From: Bacilli bacterium
GTDB taxonomy: Bacteria > Bacillota_I > Bacilli_A > RFN20 > CAG-826
Reading direction: 5' to 3'
Assembly: GCA_024409055.1 (NCBI GenBank)
Contig: JAKSUL010000005.1
Location: forward strand, 6,636 to 70,635
Length of the DNA stretch: 64,000 nucleotides
The translations under genes and the position numbers were made by a program. Under the pieces are notes generated by a model. The model ran no database searches. It had not been told where the DNA came from and saw only the letters and a list, made by a program, of their open reading frames with translations. Below, in pieces: positions 1 through 8,115 of this stretch (position 1 is the stretch's first letter; each line of letters opens with the position of its first letter).

Positions 1-1
1 G

Positions 2-370
2 ATCATCTATTTCGGAGCCGAGCTCGGGATTGAATTAACAAAAGTCACTTGGCTGAAGATTCCAACCAATTTGATGAACTGGCTCACGATCATTTTCGAT
101 TTGATCGTTTTTTGGGCCGTTACTCGCGGGTGCACAGAAGCGACGGATGACGAAGACTCAGTAGTTAGGCTTGCTAACGTCGCCTTCTTGATCGCGGTCA
201 TCGCCAATGGCCTCCTCATCGTCAACAATATTTGGTCCAACCTCAACGAGAAATTGGCCGGATGGCTAGGCTATTCAAGCAGCGTTCTATTAATTGTAAG
301 CAACACGCTTCAGATAATCCTCATCGTCATGGCGTATCGGAATGTGTTCATTCCTGACGATCCAGAATGA
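2..370 (+). CDS. Integral membrane protein, C-terminal fragment (5' end upstream of window)
   Basis: Frame is open from the window edge (IIYFGAELGIELTKVTWLKIPTNL...) into the listed 71..370 ORF. Hydrophobic helices present. TGA stop 368-370 is followed by a hairpin terminator. No family recognised. Confidence 0.4.
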   Translation: MIYFGAELGIELTKVTWLKIPTNLMNWLTIIFDLIVFWAVTRGCTEATDDEDSVVRLANVAFLIAVIANGLLIVNNIWSNLNEKLAGWLGYSSSVLLIVSNTLQIILIVMAYRNVFIPDDPE

Positions 371-372
371 AA

Positions 373-404
373 AGAGACCGTTTCTAGCGGTCTCTTTTTG
401 TTTT
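373..404. terminator. Rho-independent terminator between convergent genes
   Basis: AGAGACCG (373-380), 7-nt loop, CGGTCTCT (388-395), then TTTTTGTTTT. It sits between the stop at 370 (+) and the stop at 404 (-). Confidence 0.8.
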
Positions 405-1153
405 CAATGTCTATTTATCCAATCTTTGGCTACTTTTACGTATGGATATTCGCCGTCAGGATCTTTAAAGGAGGAACCGGAACAGTGACCGCCGCTTAAC
501 TTAACGGACTCAACATCGACGTCCTTTACGTAATACTTAAGGTTCTTTAATAAAAGAAGATTTTGCTCTTCACGGCAGAACATGTCGTCCTCATACCAGA
601 TAAGAACAACGGGATTTGTTTTAGTGTCTTTGCCTACGTAATACAAAGGGGCGGCTTCGCTAATTCTTTGAAGCCATGGGTCGACCTTCTTTTCGTATTC
701 CAAGACATGGAAGTGGTCACTCATTTGACCAGAATCGGAAACCCATCCTTTTATATCCAAAGTAGACATACCGACTTCTTTTAAATACTTTTCGTTTAGG
801 CACAGCATCATAATCATATACGCACCGGCCGATTGGCCAGAGACATATATGTCGCCATTCCCGCCCCACTCTTTCAAATGGTCTTTCACGAAACGAATGG
901 ATTTGGCTGCTTCCTCAAAATAAGAGGGATATTTAGCCTTCGGGTACAACGTGTAATTAACGGAAACGCCCGCAATCCCGCTCTCGGCGAAATGGGTCAT
1001 CATTTCCACATACTGGGGTTCGGCTTTATCGCCATCAACGATCCCTCCGCCATGAAAATAAACGAGGGTCTTAAAGCCATCTCCATCAGGCAGATAGACG
1101 TCGAGTTTTAAGCCAGGGGCGTATTCAATATCTTTTATTATTCTCATACTCAT
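404..1153 (-). CDS. alpha/beta-hydrolase esterase (HSL-like; HGGG oxyanion motif plus GxSxG)
   Basis: VYFHGGG and GQSAG motifs in the translation. Start trimmed from the ORF-track 1270 to ATG 1153, which forms an ATGA stop/start overlap with the upstream gene (stop 1150-1152). Confidence 0.8.
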   Translation of the reverse strand: MSMRIIKDIEYAPGLKLDVYLPDGDGFKTLVYFHGGGIVDGDKAEPQYVEMMTHFAESGIAGVSVNYTLYPKAKYPSYFEEAAKSIRFVKDHLKEWGGNGDIYVSGQSAGAYMIMMLCLNEKYLKEVGMSTLDIKGWVSDSGQMSDHFHVLEYEKKVDPWLQRISEAAPLYYVGKDTKTNPVVLIWYEDDMFCREEQNLLLLKNLKYYVKDVDVESVKLSGGHCSGSSFKDPDGEYPYVKVAKDWINRH

Positions 1154-1452
1154 TGAGCCAAAGCGGCTTTTTTCTCCCTCTTCAAATTGATGAAATATAG
1201 AATCAAATCGGTGCTGACCATGATAAAGTTCAATGCATATATAGCGAATATCCACCACTTCGTTTCCCAAACAAATGAGGTGTTGAAGAATTTGCTAGCC
1301 ATTCCGGCTATATAGCCAAAATCAATGAGGATCAAGAAGAAAAGGCTTTTACCTTTCGTGCTCTTTGTCTTAATGGATTTATAAACATTCAACGGCCAAG
1401 ATAAGCCAAAGCAAATAAGCATCGTGGCCTCCAATATTTCCGCAACAATCAT
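1150..1452 (-). CDS. Small 3-TM PQ-loop / SemiSWEET-like membrane protein
   Basis: 100 aa with three hydrophobic helices. TM1-loop LSWPLNVYKSIKTKSTKGKS resembles the PQ-loop signature. GGAGG lies 6 nt upstream of ATG 1452; the ORF-track start 1518 has no RBS. Confidence 0.6.
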   Translation of the reverse strand: MIVAEILEATMLICFGLSWPLNVYKSIKTKSTKGKSLFFLILIDFGYIAGMASKFFNTSFVWETKWWIFAIYALNFIMVSTDLILYFINLKREKKAALAQ

Positions 1453-1490
1453 AAATAACCTCCAACTCGATATATTATGCTCCTCAATCG

Positions 1491-1514
1491 TTCGAAAAAA
1501 TTCGATTTTTCGAA
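1491..1514. repeat. Perfect 9-bp inverted repeat TTCGAAAAA-N6-TTTTTCGAA in a divergent promoter region
   Basis: Read directly: left arm 1491-1499, right arm 1506-1514. Lies 40-62 nt upstream of the minus-strand start at 1452. Confidence 0.6.
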
Positions 1515-1648
1515 TCAATTTGTGTCTTTTTTATCCCAAAAGCAGGCAAGGGGATGACTGATGTATAAAAAAGAGAAAAACATGTGAAAAAACGGTGCCC
1601 ATCTATGAGGCATGCCGCTTTATAATTTCCCTAACGAGGCAAGATGCT

Positions 1649-3976
1649 ATGAAAAAACAATCCTACGGAGTCGCATTAAGCGAACCGGGCTGTTATCAGC
1701 TCAACAAATTACCGGAATCGGGCAATTTCGAATACATATATAAAAACGATTCTTCATTCATGAAAGTAGACCAATTCGGACCCTCTTTCATCCAAATGAA
1801 CCCCACAGCCGGTATGAAGGTCATCATCCGCGAAGAAAGGGAGATTTATTCCCCTTGGAAGGTTTACTTCTCACTCGGCAAAAACGTTTTCCATAACTTC
1901 GATGTCTACAAAGCCAAAAAGATCACAATTACATATCGCCCCGAAAAAGCCGTATACGTTTTAGATTTCGGGTCAGCCTTGGTCACCACCACAGTTACGC
2001 CTCATAGCAAAGACTGCGAATTCTATATGAACGTCGTCTTTGAAAATAAGTCGGGCAAGACTCTTAAAATCAAAACAATCGAATCCGCCGCTCTTAACCC
2101 GATTGACTCATTCATGGCCATTTGGGACAAGATGGAATGGTACACAAGAACCGAATCCAGCACGCTCAAAGAATATGGCGCCTCCACCGTGTATCACTAT
2201 TCCGTAAACGGAAAGGCCGAAGAAAGAAGATACATCAAGTTCATCGGCTCAAAGAATCCGAAGTCCACTTTCGTCTCCAGAGAAAACCTCGTTTCCCTTT
2301 CCAAAAGTTACACCGCCATCCCCAAGGATGGGCATTTTGAAGACGCCGTCGTCGGATATCCACAGATTTCCGCTATGACGAATGAATTTGAATTAAGCGA
2401 CAGACATGAAATAACGATGCTTTTGAAGGCATCTGACTCCAAAGAGGAATTAGGCGAAAATCTCCTCTCCCACATGGAACCATCTTTCATTTTGGGGCAA
2501 CAAGAAGAGACAAAGAAAAACTATCTCAAGTTAACGACGTACCGTAGTATCAACACCCCCGACAAAAATTTCGACGCTTTCGTTAATGGTTTCCTCCCTC
2601 TAGAAATGGGATGGGTCGGCGATCTTGATAGAGGATGGGCGACCGGCATGCGTGGAAGCCGCGACTGCGCCAACGACTTCATGGGAATGATCCCTTTTGC
2701 TCCTGAAAGATCAAAAGAAGTCATCGAAACCTTGTTCGTTAGCCAAAGAAAAGACGACGGCTGGTTCCCAAGGCAAGTTCCAACCGGTGGATCGAATAAG
2801 TTCGATATGCGCAATTTTGTCGACAGCAACGCTTTCGTTATCGAATTGATTTACGAATACCTTTGCTATACGAATGATTTCTCTTTGTTAGATAAGAAAT
2901 ACGTGTATCTAAACGGTGAGGAAGAAGGAACCGGCTTGGAGCACTTAATCAAAGCCGCTTCATATTACCTACAAGATAGTCTTATCGGCGACCATGGCCT
3001 CATCAAACTATACGGAGGAGACTGGCTCGACTGTTTAAATAGAGTCGGATTGAAGGGAAGGGCTGAAACTCTCCATGTCACTTGCCAAGCCGTTTTGGCT
3101 TTTAGGGAAGTCGGAGAAGTATTGCGCCGCTATAGAGACAAATACATAGACGTCATCAAGAAGTTCGAAAAGAAAACAACAGAACTCAAGAAAGCCGCCA
3201 AAGCATTATTTAACGAAGAAGGCTTCTATAACGCCTTATACGCCGATGACGGTAATTTATATTTCTCTTCAAAAGACATTGACGGAAATAGGCGTGTATA
3301 TGTCCCTTCAAACGCCTACACGATCATTGCCGGCATCGACCCAAAGAAAGACAAAAAAGTCATCGCCGCCGTCAAAAAATACAATCGCTCGGAGAACGGA
3401 TTCAAGATCTTCTCCACTCCATTCGGCAACCCGCCTTTTGAAGCTATGGGAAAGATGAGCACCGGGGACTTCGCTCAATATTTATTCGAAAACGGCTCCG
3501 TCTATAATCACGCCGCCTACTTCTTTATCAGGGGCACCGCTACCGCCAAAGACGAAAAAACGTTGTACGAGGCCCTTAACATGGCTCTCCCTTACAATCA
3601 AAAATTCCACCCAGAATCAGTCACTTGTTTACCAATGTATGCAGCAACAAATTCCTATAACTTGATCCCGGGGTTCACCGGTAGAGCGGGACTTTGCTTC
3701 TTAACTGGAAGTATTGCCATGGCGATTCGCTCCGTCTACAACTGGATGTTTGGATTGGATTTCCATGTTGACACCCTCGAATTAAAGCCATGCCTTCCTA
3801 AGGAATATCGCGATTCCTCGGTGTGCATTACATACGAAGGCCATAAGATAAAAGTCATTTATCACGGATATGGACACGAAGTCTATGACGTCAAAATTGG
3901 CGATAAATCAGTCGGAGCGTCAATCGATAAAGCCATCTTGAACAAAAACTTAGAGATCGAAGCGTTCTTGAAATAA
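1649..3976 (+). CDS. GH94-like glycoside phosphorylase (cellobiose/chitobiose phosphorylase superfamily)
   Basis: GSRDCANDFMG..PERSKEVIE..SQRKDDGWFPRQVP and YGGDWLDCLN resemble the RDxxQD and GDWND catalytic-region blocks of GH94. GAGG lies 9 nt before ATG 1649; the ORF-track start 1595 is GTG without an RBS. Confidence 0.7.
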   Translation: MKKQSYGVALSEPGCYQLNKLPESGNFEYIYKNDSSFMKVDQFGPSFIQMNPTAGMKVIIREEREIYSPWKVYFSLGKNVFHNFDVYKAKKITITYRPEKAVYVLDFGSALVTTTVTPHSKDCEFYMNVVFENKSGKTLKIKTIESAALNPIDSFMAIWDKMEWYTRTESSTLKEYGASTVYHYSVNGKAEERRYIKFIGSKNPKSTFVSRENLVSLSKSYTAIPKDGHFEDAVVGYPQISAMTNEFELSDRHEITMLLKASDSKEELGENLLSHMEPSFILGQQEETKKNYLKLTTYRSINTPDKNFDAFVNGFLPLEMGWVGDLDRGWATGMRGSRDCANDFMGMIPFAPERSKEVIETLFVSQRKDDGWFPRQVPTGGSNKFDMRNFVDSNAFVIELIYEYLCYTNDFSLLDKKYVYLNGEEEGTGLEHLIKAASYYLQDSLIGDHGLIKLYGGDWLDCLNRVGLKGRAETLHVTCQAVLAFREVGEVLRRYRDKYIDVIKKFEKKTTELKKAAKALFNEEGFYNALYADDGNLYFSSKDIDGNRRVYVPSNAYTIIAGIDPKKDKKVIAAVKKYNRSENGFKIFSTPFGNPPFEAMGKMSTGDFAQYLFENGSVYNHAAYFFIRGTATAKDEKTLYEALNMALPYNQKFHPESVTCLPMYAATNSYNLIPGFTGRAGLCFLTGSIAMAIRSVYNWMFGLDFHVDTLELKPCLPKEYRDSSVCITYEGHKIKVIYHGYGHEVYDVKIGDKSVGASIDKAILNKNLEIEAFLK

Positions 3977-3985
3977 ACATAAAAA

Positions 3986-4012
3986 GGCACAGTTTCATCT
4001 GTGTCTTTTTTT
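3986..4012 (+). terminator. Rho-independent terminator
   Basis: GGCACAG, 6-nt loop, CTGTGTC (one G-T pair), followed by T7. Confidence 0.8.
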
Positions 4013-4096
4013 ATCTCCTAAACGTGCCCTATTTGACACAAGGGTTTTTCTACGAAAAAATATAATCAACAAAAGCTCTTTTGAAGGGGTCGATTT

Positions 4097-4407
4097 ATGA
4101 AAAAACAAAAAACATTGTTCGTTTTGACGGCATCTTTGCTTCTTTGCGCGTGTGGAGGGCAAGGCTGAGCGGAATCAACAAAGGATACACGGTTGCCGTC
4201 TATGCCAAAAAAGACGCATCCGGGGTTTGGAATTTAACAACCGACCAGATCGACCAATACGGAAGAGCCGGTTTCATTGCGACAACCGACTATGGCCCAC
4301 ACCCAGAACCAGTGGTCGTTGGAGAAGCAACGAAACTTAATGAGATAATCAAATTCTCGTCTTGGTCATATTCCTTCTACATGTCCGATATCACAGCATT
4401 CAAATAA
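4097..4407 (+). pseudogene. Small lipoprotein gene interrupted by a 1-nt frameshift just after the lipobox
   Basis: ATG 4097 (AAGGGG 8 nt upstream) encodes MKKQKTLFVLTASLLLCACGGQG, then TGA 4166-4168. The remainder (LSGINKGYTVAVYAKKDASGVWNL...AFK, stop 4405-4407) continues in the -1 frame (ORF-track 4081..4407). The junction lies in GGAGGGCAAGG (4154-4164). Confidence 0.55.
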
Positions 4408-4408
4408 A

Positions 4409-6682
4409 ATGAAATTATTCTATGTCGAAGAACCCCCATTAAACTGTACCGATATTTACGATTTCAAGGCATGGGAAAGCAATTCCCTTCCTTTAGGAAA
4501 CGGTTATTTCGGCGCCTGCGTTTTCGGAATGGTCAATCGCGACCGTATCCAAATCACCGAAAACTCGCTTTGTAATCCATACGCTTCGAAACCCGATAAC
4601 CCAAAATGCAATTTCGGCTTGATGAGTTTTGCCGATATCTTCATGGAATTCGGTCATAAGACTTATCAAAACTATCGTCGCGAATTGTGCCTCGACAATG
4701 CCGTTTCGACGATTTCTTATGAAACGAACGGTGTTTCCTATAAAAGGGAAGTGTTTGCCAGCCGTCCTGACGGAGTGATGGCAATTAGAATCACCTCTTC
4801 TAAAAAAGGATCGGTATCCTTTAAAACAGAACTACGTGTGCCCTTTATCGGGAAACACGCCGCCTCCGAGCTTGATGATTTTGCTAGAACTGGCGAAACT
4901 CACGCCAAAGAAAACACCATCGTGGCCCATGGCAAAATGGAGCACTATAACATCTCCTACGTCGGCATTCTTCGTCTCGTCAATAAAGGCGGATCCATCA
5001 AAATAAACGGGGATGAACTAATCTTAGAAAACGCCGATGAAGCGCTTCTTTTGTTTACCTGCGGAACAAACTACAAATTGGATTCATCCATTTTCTTAGA
5101 AAGCGATCCGAAAAAGAAACTCAAAGAAGACCCAAACCTCGAAAAAAGACTAGTGGAAAGAATCGGCTTAGCCGAAGCGAAGGGTTATGAAGCGCTTCTT
5201 GAAAGACACCTAAAAGACTATCAATCGCTTTATGGCAAAGTTTCTTTGCTCCTTGGACCCGAAGAAGACGTTCCAACAAACGAGCTTCTTTCAAATTACA
5301 AAAACGGAAAACACTCAAGGCACCTTGAAGCGTTGCTATACCAATTTGGCCGCTATCTTTTAATCTCTTCTTCTAGAAGAGGATCGTTGCCTGCGAACTT
5401 ACAGGGAATTTGGAGCGGATATAACTCTTCCCCTTGGAGCGCAGGGTATTGGCATAACATCAATGTTCAGATGAACTATTGGCCTTCAGGCCCAGCAAAC
5501 CTATCGGAATGTTTCCTTTCGTATTCCGATTACTTTGAAGCGTATTTGCCTGCCGCGAAGAAAAACGCCCATACGTATATCAAAAATCTTCTTGGGAAGG
5601 AAAACGAAGACGATGGATGGACTCTTGGAACCGGGGGTTGGCCATATCTAGTCGAAGGCATGTCCAATAAGTCTCATAGCGGACCTGGAACAGGGGCGTT
5701 CACTTCCCTTCTTTTCTATGATCACTACGCCTTCACGATGGATAAAGACTATTTGAAGGATGTCGCATATCCCGCTTTATATGAAATGTCTGTTTTCCTT
5801 GAGAAGACTCTCATCGAAAAAGACGGCAAATATTTAGTGGGTGAATCCGCCTCTCCGGAAAATATCGAAAAAGGCGGAGATTGGTGTGACTACCATAGAA
5901 CAACAGGATGCGCATTCGACCAACAGATGGTGTATGCCAATTTTGAGAAGACAGTCGAATGTGCGAAAGCTTTAGGAAAAGAAAGCGACCCCTTCATTCA
6001 AAAGATAATCAATATGCTTCCAAACTTAGACCCCGTCCTCATCGGATTATCGGGGCAAGTAAAAGAATATAGAGAAGAAAACTACTATGCCGAAATAGGC
6101 GAGGAACACCACCGCCACATCTCTCAGCTAGTCGGATTATATCCAGGATATATCTTCACCGAGGATCATCCGGATTGGACGAAAGCCGCGATCTACACTT
6201 TAAACGCCAGAGGCGACGAAAGCACTGGCTGGGCCACCGCTCATAGATTGTGCTTATGGAGCAGGACCCATGATTCAAAGCGCGCTATGGATTTGGTGCA
6301 TTCTCTAATAGAGAGAAATATTCTTCCTAATCTATGGGATTCGCATCCTCCATTTCAGATTGATGGAAACTTTGGCTATGTTGCCGGCGTTTCTGAGATG
6401 CTTCTTCAATCTCATTTAGGATATATCGATTTGCTCCCCTGCCTCCCAAAAGAATGGGAAAACGGAGAGGTTCGCGGTCTCAAGGCTAGAGGAAACGTCA
6501 CAGTCGATATCGAATTCAAAAACGGACGTATCGTTAAATCAAAGTTAACCGCCAATGTCGACGGCGCCATCAAAATCAAAGACAAAGATTACAAAGTCAT
6601 GGTTAAAGGCAAGTTTGTCAAACCTGTTAAAGGGTTCTATGAAATAAGCGTCAAAAAAAGCGATACCGTTGATATCGAATAG
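4409..6682 (+). CDS. GH95 family glycoside hydrolase (alpha-L-fucosidase type)
   Basis: LPANLQGIWSGYNSSPWSAGYWHNINVQMNYWP block and an N-terminal NGYFGACVFG...RIQITENSL block typical of GH95. ATG lies 1 nt after the upstream stop. Confidence 0.9.
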   Translation: MKLFYVEEPPLNCTDIYDFKAWESNSLPLGNGYFGACVFGMVNRDRIQITENSLCNPYASKPDNPKCNFGLMSFADIFMEFGHKTYQNYRRELCLDNAVSTISYETNGVSYKREVFASRPDGVMAIRITSSKKGSVSFKTELRVPFIGKHAASELDDFARTGETHAKENTIVAHGKMEHYNISYVGILRLVNKGGSIKINGDELILENADEALLLFTCGTNYKLDSSIFLESDPKKKLKEDPNLEKRLVERIGLAEAKGYEALLERHLKDYQSLYGKVSLLLGPEEDVPTNELLSNYKNGKHSRHLEALLYQFGRYLLISSSRRGSLPANLQGIWSGYNSSPWSAGYWHNINVQMNYWPSGPANLSECFLSYSDYFEAYLPAAKKNAHTYIKNLLGKENEDDGWTLGTGGWPYLVEGMSNKSHSGPGTGAFTSLLFYDHYAFTMDKDYLKDVAYPALYEMSVFLEKTLIEKDGKYLVGESASPENIEKGGDWCDYHRTTGCAFDQQMVYANFEKTVECAKALGKESDPFIQKIINMLPNLDPVLIGLSGQVKEYREENYYAEIGEEHHRHISQLVGLYPGYIFTEDHPDWTKAAIYTLNARGDESTGWATAHRLCLWSRTHDSKRAMDLVHSLIERNILPNLWDSHPPFQIDGNFGYVAGVSEMLLQSHLGYIDLLPCLPKEWENGEVRGLKARGNVTVDIEFKNGRIVKSKLTANVDGAIKIKDKDYKVMVKGKFVKPVKGFYEISVKKSDTVDIE

Positions 6683-6704
6683 AAACAAAAAAAGCGCATT
6701 TACC

Positions 6705-7625
6705 TTAGATTACACGATTTTCTAAATCGCAATCGCAGAAGACATCCAACACATTTTTTCGAAAAAGATCAGATTCTAAAGGGTCTCCCTCGCAAACAGC
6801 GGGTATCCCGTCCCTTTCTATGGCATCGTCATTTTCGTCATATCTAACTAGCAAGACGTTGTTGATAAATCTATCTCCTCCATTTTCAGGCGAAAGAGCC
6901 TCTTGGATAATTCTTTCCTCATTGATACAAGGTATCAAATATACGACCAAGCCCTTTTGAGAACTTATTCCCCCCTCAGTCGCCCGAACGAAATTTATGC
7001 TTTTGTTTCTGCTTTCTCTAACATTTTTTCCGTTAACTATTTTGTGGGTACAAAAATACTTATCGCAATCCTTATCCTTATCGATTTGGTAACCGCCCCA
7101 CATCTCTACAAGTTTTTCTATCTTCTTTCGGCTGACCTTTTTGCCAAAATTGCGGTTTGGGTAGCCGAGCAATCCTGGCGACTTTAAATATTCCTCGTCG
7201 CTCTCATAGTCGGAATCCGGCATATTGTCAACGTAATCCTCCATTACCCAAATTAAATGATCATGGCTCCCTCCAAGGCCGTCAAACCCATCCTCCCAGC
7301 AAAAATCCCACTCAATCGCCTCACCATTCTTATCGTATCTAGCAAGAACGATCCTGTTCGTGAAAACCTCACAAGGTTCTCCGGCGGACATGACCTTCTT
7401 CACGGTCTCACGATGCTGCCCAATCGGGGTCCAATAGACAAAAAGGCCGTCTTCCGTGCTTATGTGCCCGCCGGTGGCCTTGACGAAATCCGGACTGCAG
7501 CTGACCCTTTTCAGTTCCCCGTCCACTAAGGCAATCCGGCAATAATACTCGTCACGGTCCCTTTCTTTGTCGATCAGGCGACCGTGCCAAGCTTTCACGA
7601 GTTTTTCTATCTTATTTTTGTCCAT
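6705..7625 (-). CDS. Hypothetical cytoplasmic protein built from two tandem copies of one ~150-aa domain
   Basis: KIEKLVKAWHGRLIDKERDRDEYYC...IVLARYDKNGEAIEWD is repeated as KIEKLVEMWGGYQIDKDKDCDKYFC...VLLVRYDENDDAIERD, with an acidic linker (DSDYESDEEY). No signal peptide. No family recognised. Confidence 0.7.
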   Translation of the reverse strand: MDKNKIEKLVKAWHGRLIDKERDRDEYYCRIALVDGELKRVSCSPDFVKATGGHISTEDGLFVYWTPIGQHRETVKKVMSAGEPCEVFTNRIVLARYDKNGEAIEWDFCWEDGFDGLGGSHDHLIWVMEDYVDNMPDSDYESDEEYLKSPGLLGYPNRNFGKKVSRKKIEKLVEMWGGYQIDKDKDCDKYFCTHKIVNGKNVRESRNKSINFVRATEGGISSQKGLVVYLIPCINEERIIQEALSPENGGDRFINNVLLVRYDENDDAIERDGIPAVCEGDPLESDLFRKNVLDVFCDCDLENRVI

Positions 7626-7640
7626 GCTTTTATTTTATCC
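7626..7640 (-). promoter_or_regulatory. Leaderless-type promoter (-10 TAAAAT 6 nt from the start codon)
   Basis: Minus-strand reading is gTGgaTAAAATaaaagcATG. The hexamer maps to 7632-7637 and the ATG to 7625-7623. No Shine-Dalgarno. Confidence 0.5.
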
Positions 7641-8115
7641 ACTGCATCCCGAAAAGACTATGAGCCTTAGATTTCATGTGGGGATCGTCAGAGTACAAAT
7701 TACCTGGATGATAATGTTGAAATTGGAAGCCAGGTGCATCATGAAAATTGCGAAGAGTAGATTTTATTTCCATTGACCCAAATAATCCCCCACTCTATCT
7801 GCCACTCTTCTTGCGTCGCCTTGCAGCATCGTGTATGTATTCAACGACCCTTCTATCACAACTTGTGTATCGTCAAAAGAAACGCATTGCGAGATTTCCT
7901 TAAAGGTGAGCAAGATTGCTTCCGCAGTAATCTCATGAATTGGAACAGGGCTAGTGTATTTATCAAAAACCGAAAGCGAAAAATGAGCCAATTCGTAAAT
8001 GGGAGAAAAAATACTATTCGTTGTAAAACGAAAAAAATATTGAAATTAAACGTTTTCCCTATTTTTCCAATAGGGTCATTTGGGCTAGAATAGAGAACGT
8101 TGTAAAGGGGAAATT

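Noticed and set aside
1453-1648. N-terminal extensions suggested by the ORF track (1518 for the PQ-loop gene, 1595 for the GH94-like gene; likewise 1270, 23604, 29218, 59310 and 59425).
   Set aside because: The extensions lack an RBS, use GTG/TTG or run through promoter and operator elements or the neighbouring gene. The internal starts have an RBS, an ATGA coupling or a signal peptide beginning at the Met.
4033-4066. TTGACA (4033-4038) and TATAAT (4061-4066) upstream of the small lipoprotein gene as a canonical promoter.
   Set aside because: The spacer is 22 nt, too long for a sigma-70-type promoter. The TATAAT may still function alone, but I cannot support a full promoter call.
4166-4168. 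Possibility that TGA is read as Trp (Mollicutes code 4), which would rescue the split lipoprotein.
   Set aside because: Reading through TGA in that frame hits TAA 24 codons later and never joins the downstream frame. Many genes in the window end cleanly at TGA (for example the ATGA junctions at 35187, 49738 and 51921), and Trp is encoded by TGG throughout.
7764-7991. 75-aa minus-strand ORF in the 490-bp gap.
   Set aside because: It starts with TTG and has no Shine-Dalgarno. It also lacks the -10-adjacent ATG geometry used by leaderless genes here, and no motif was recognised. It is kept only as a note under the gap finding.
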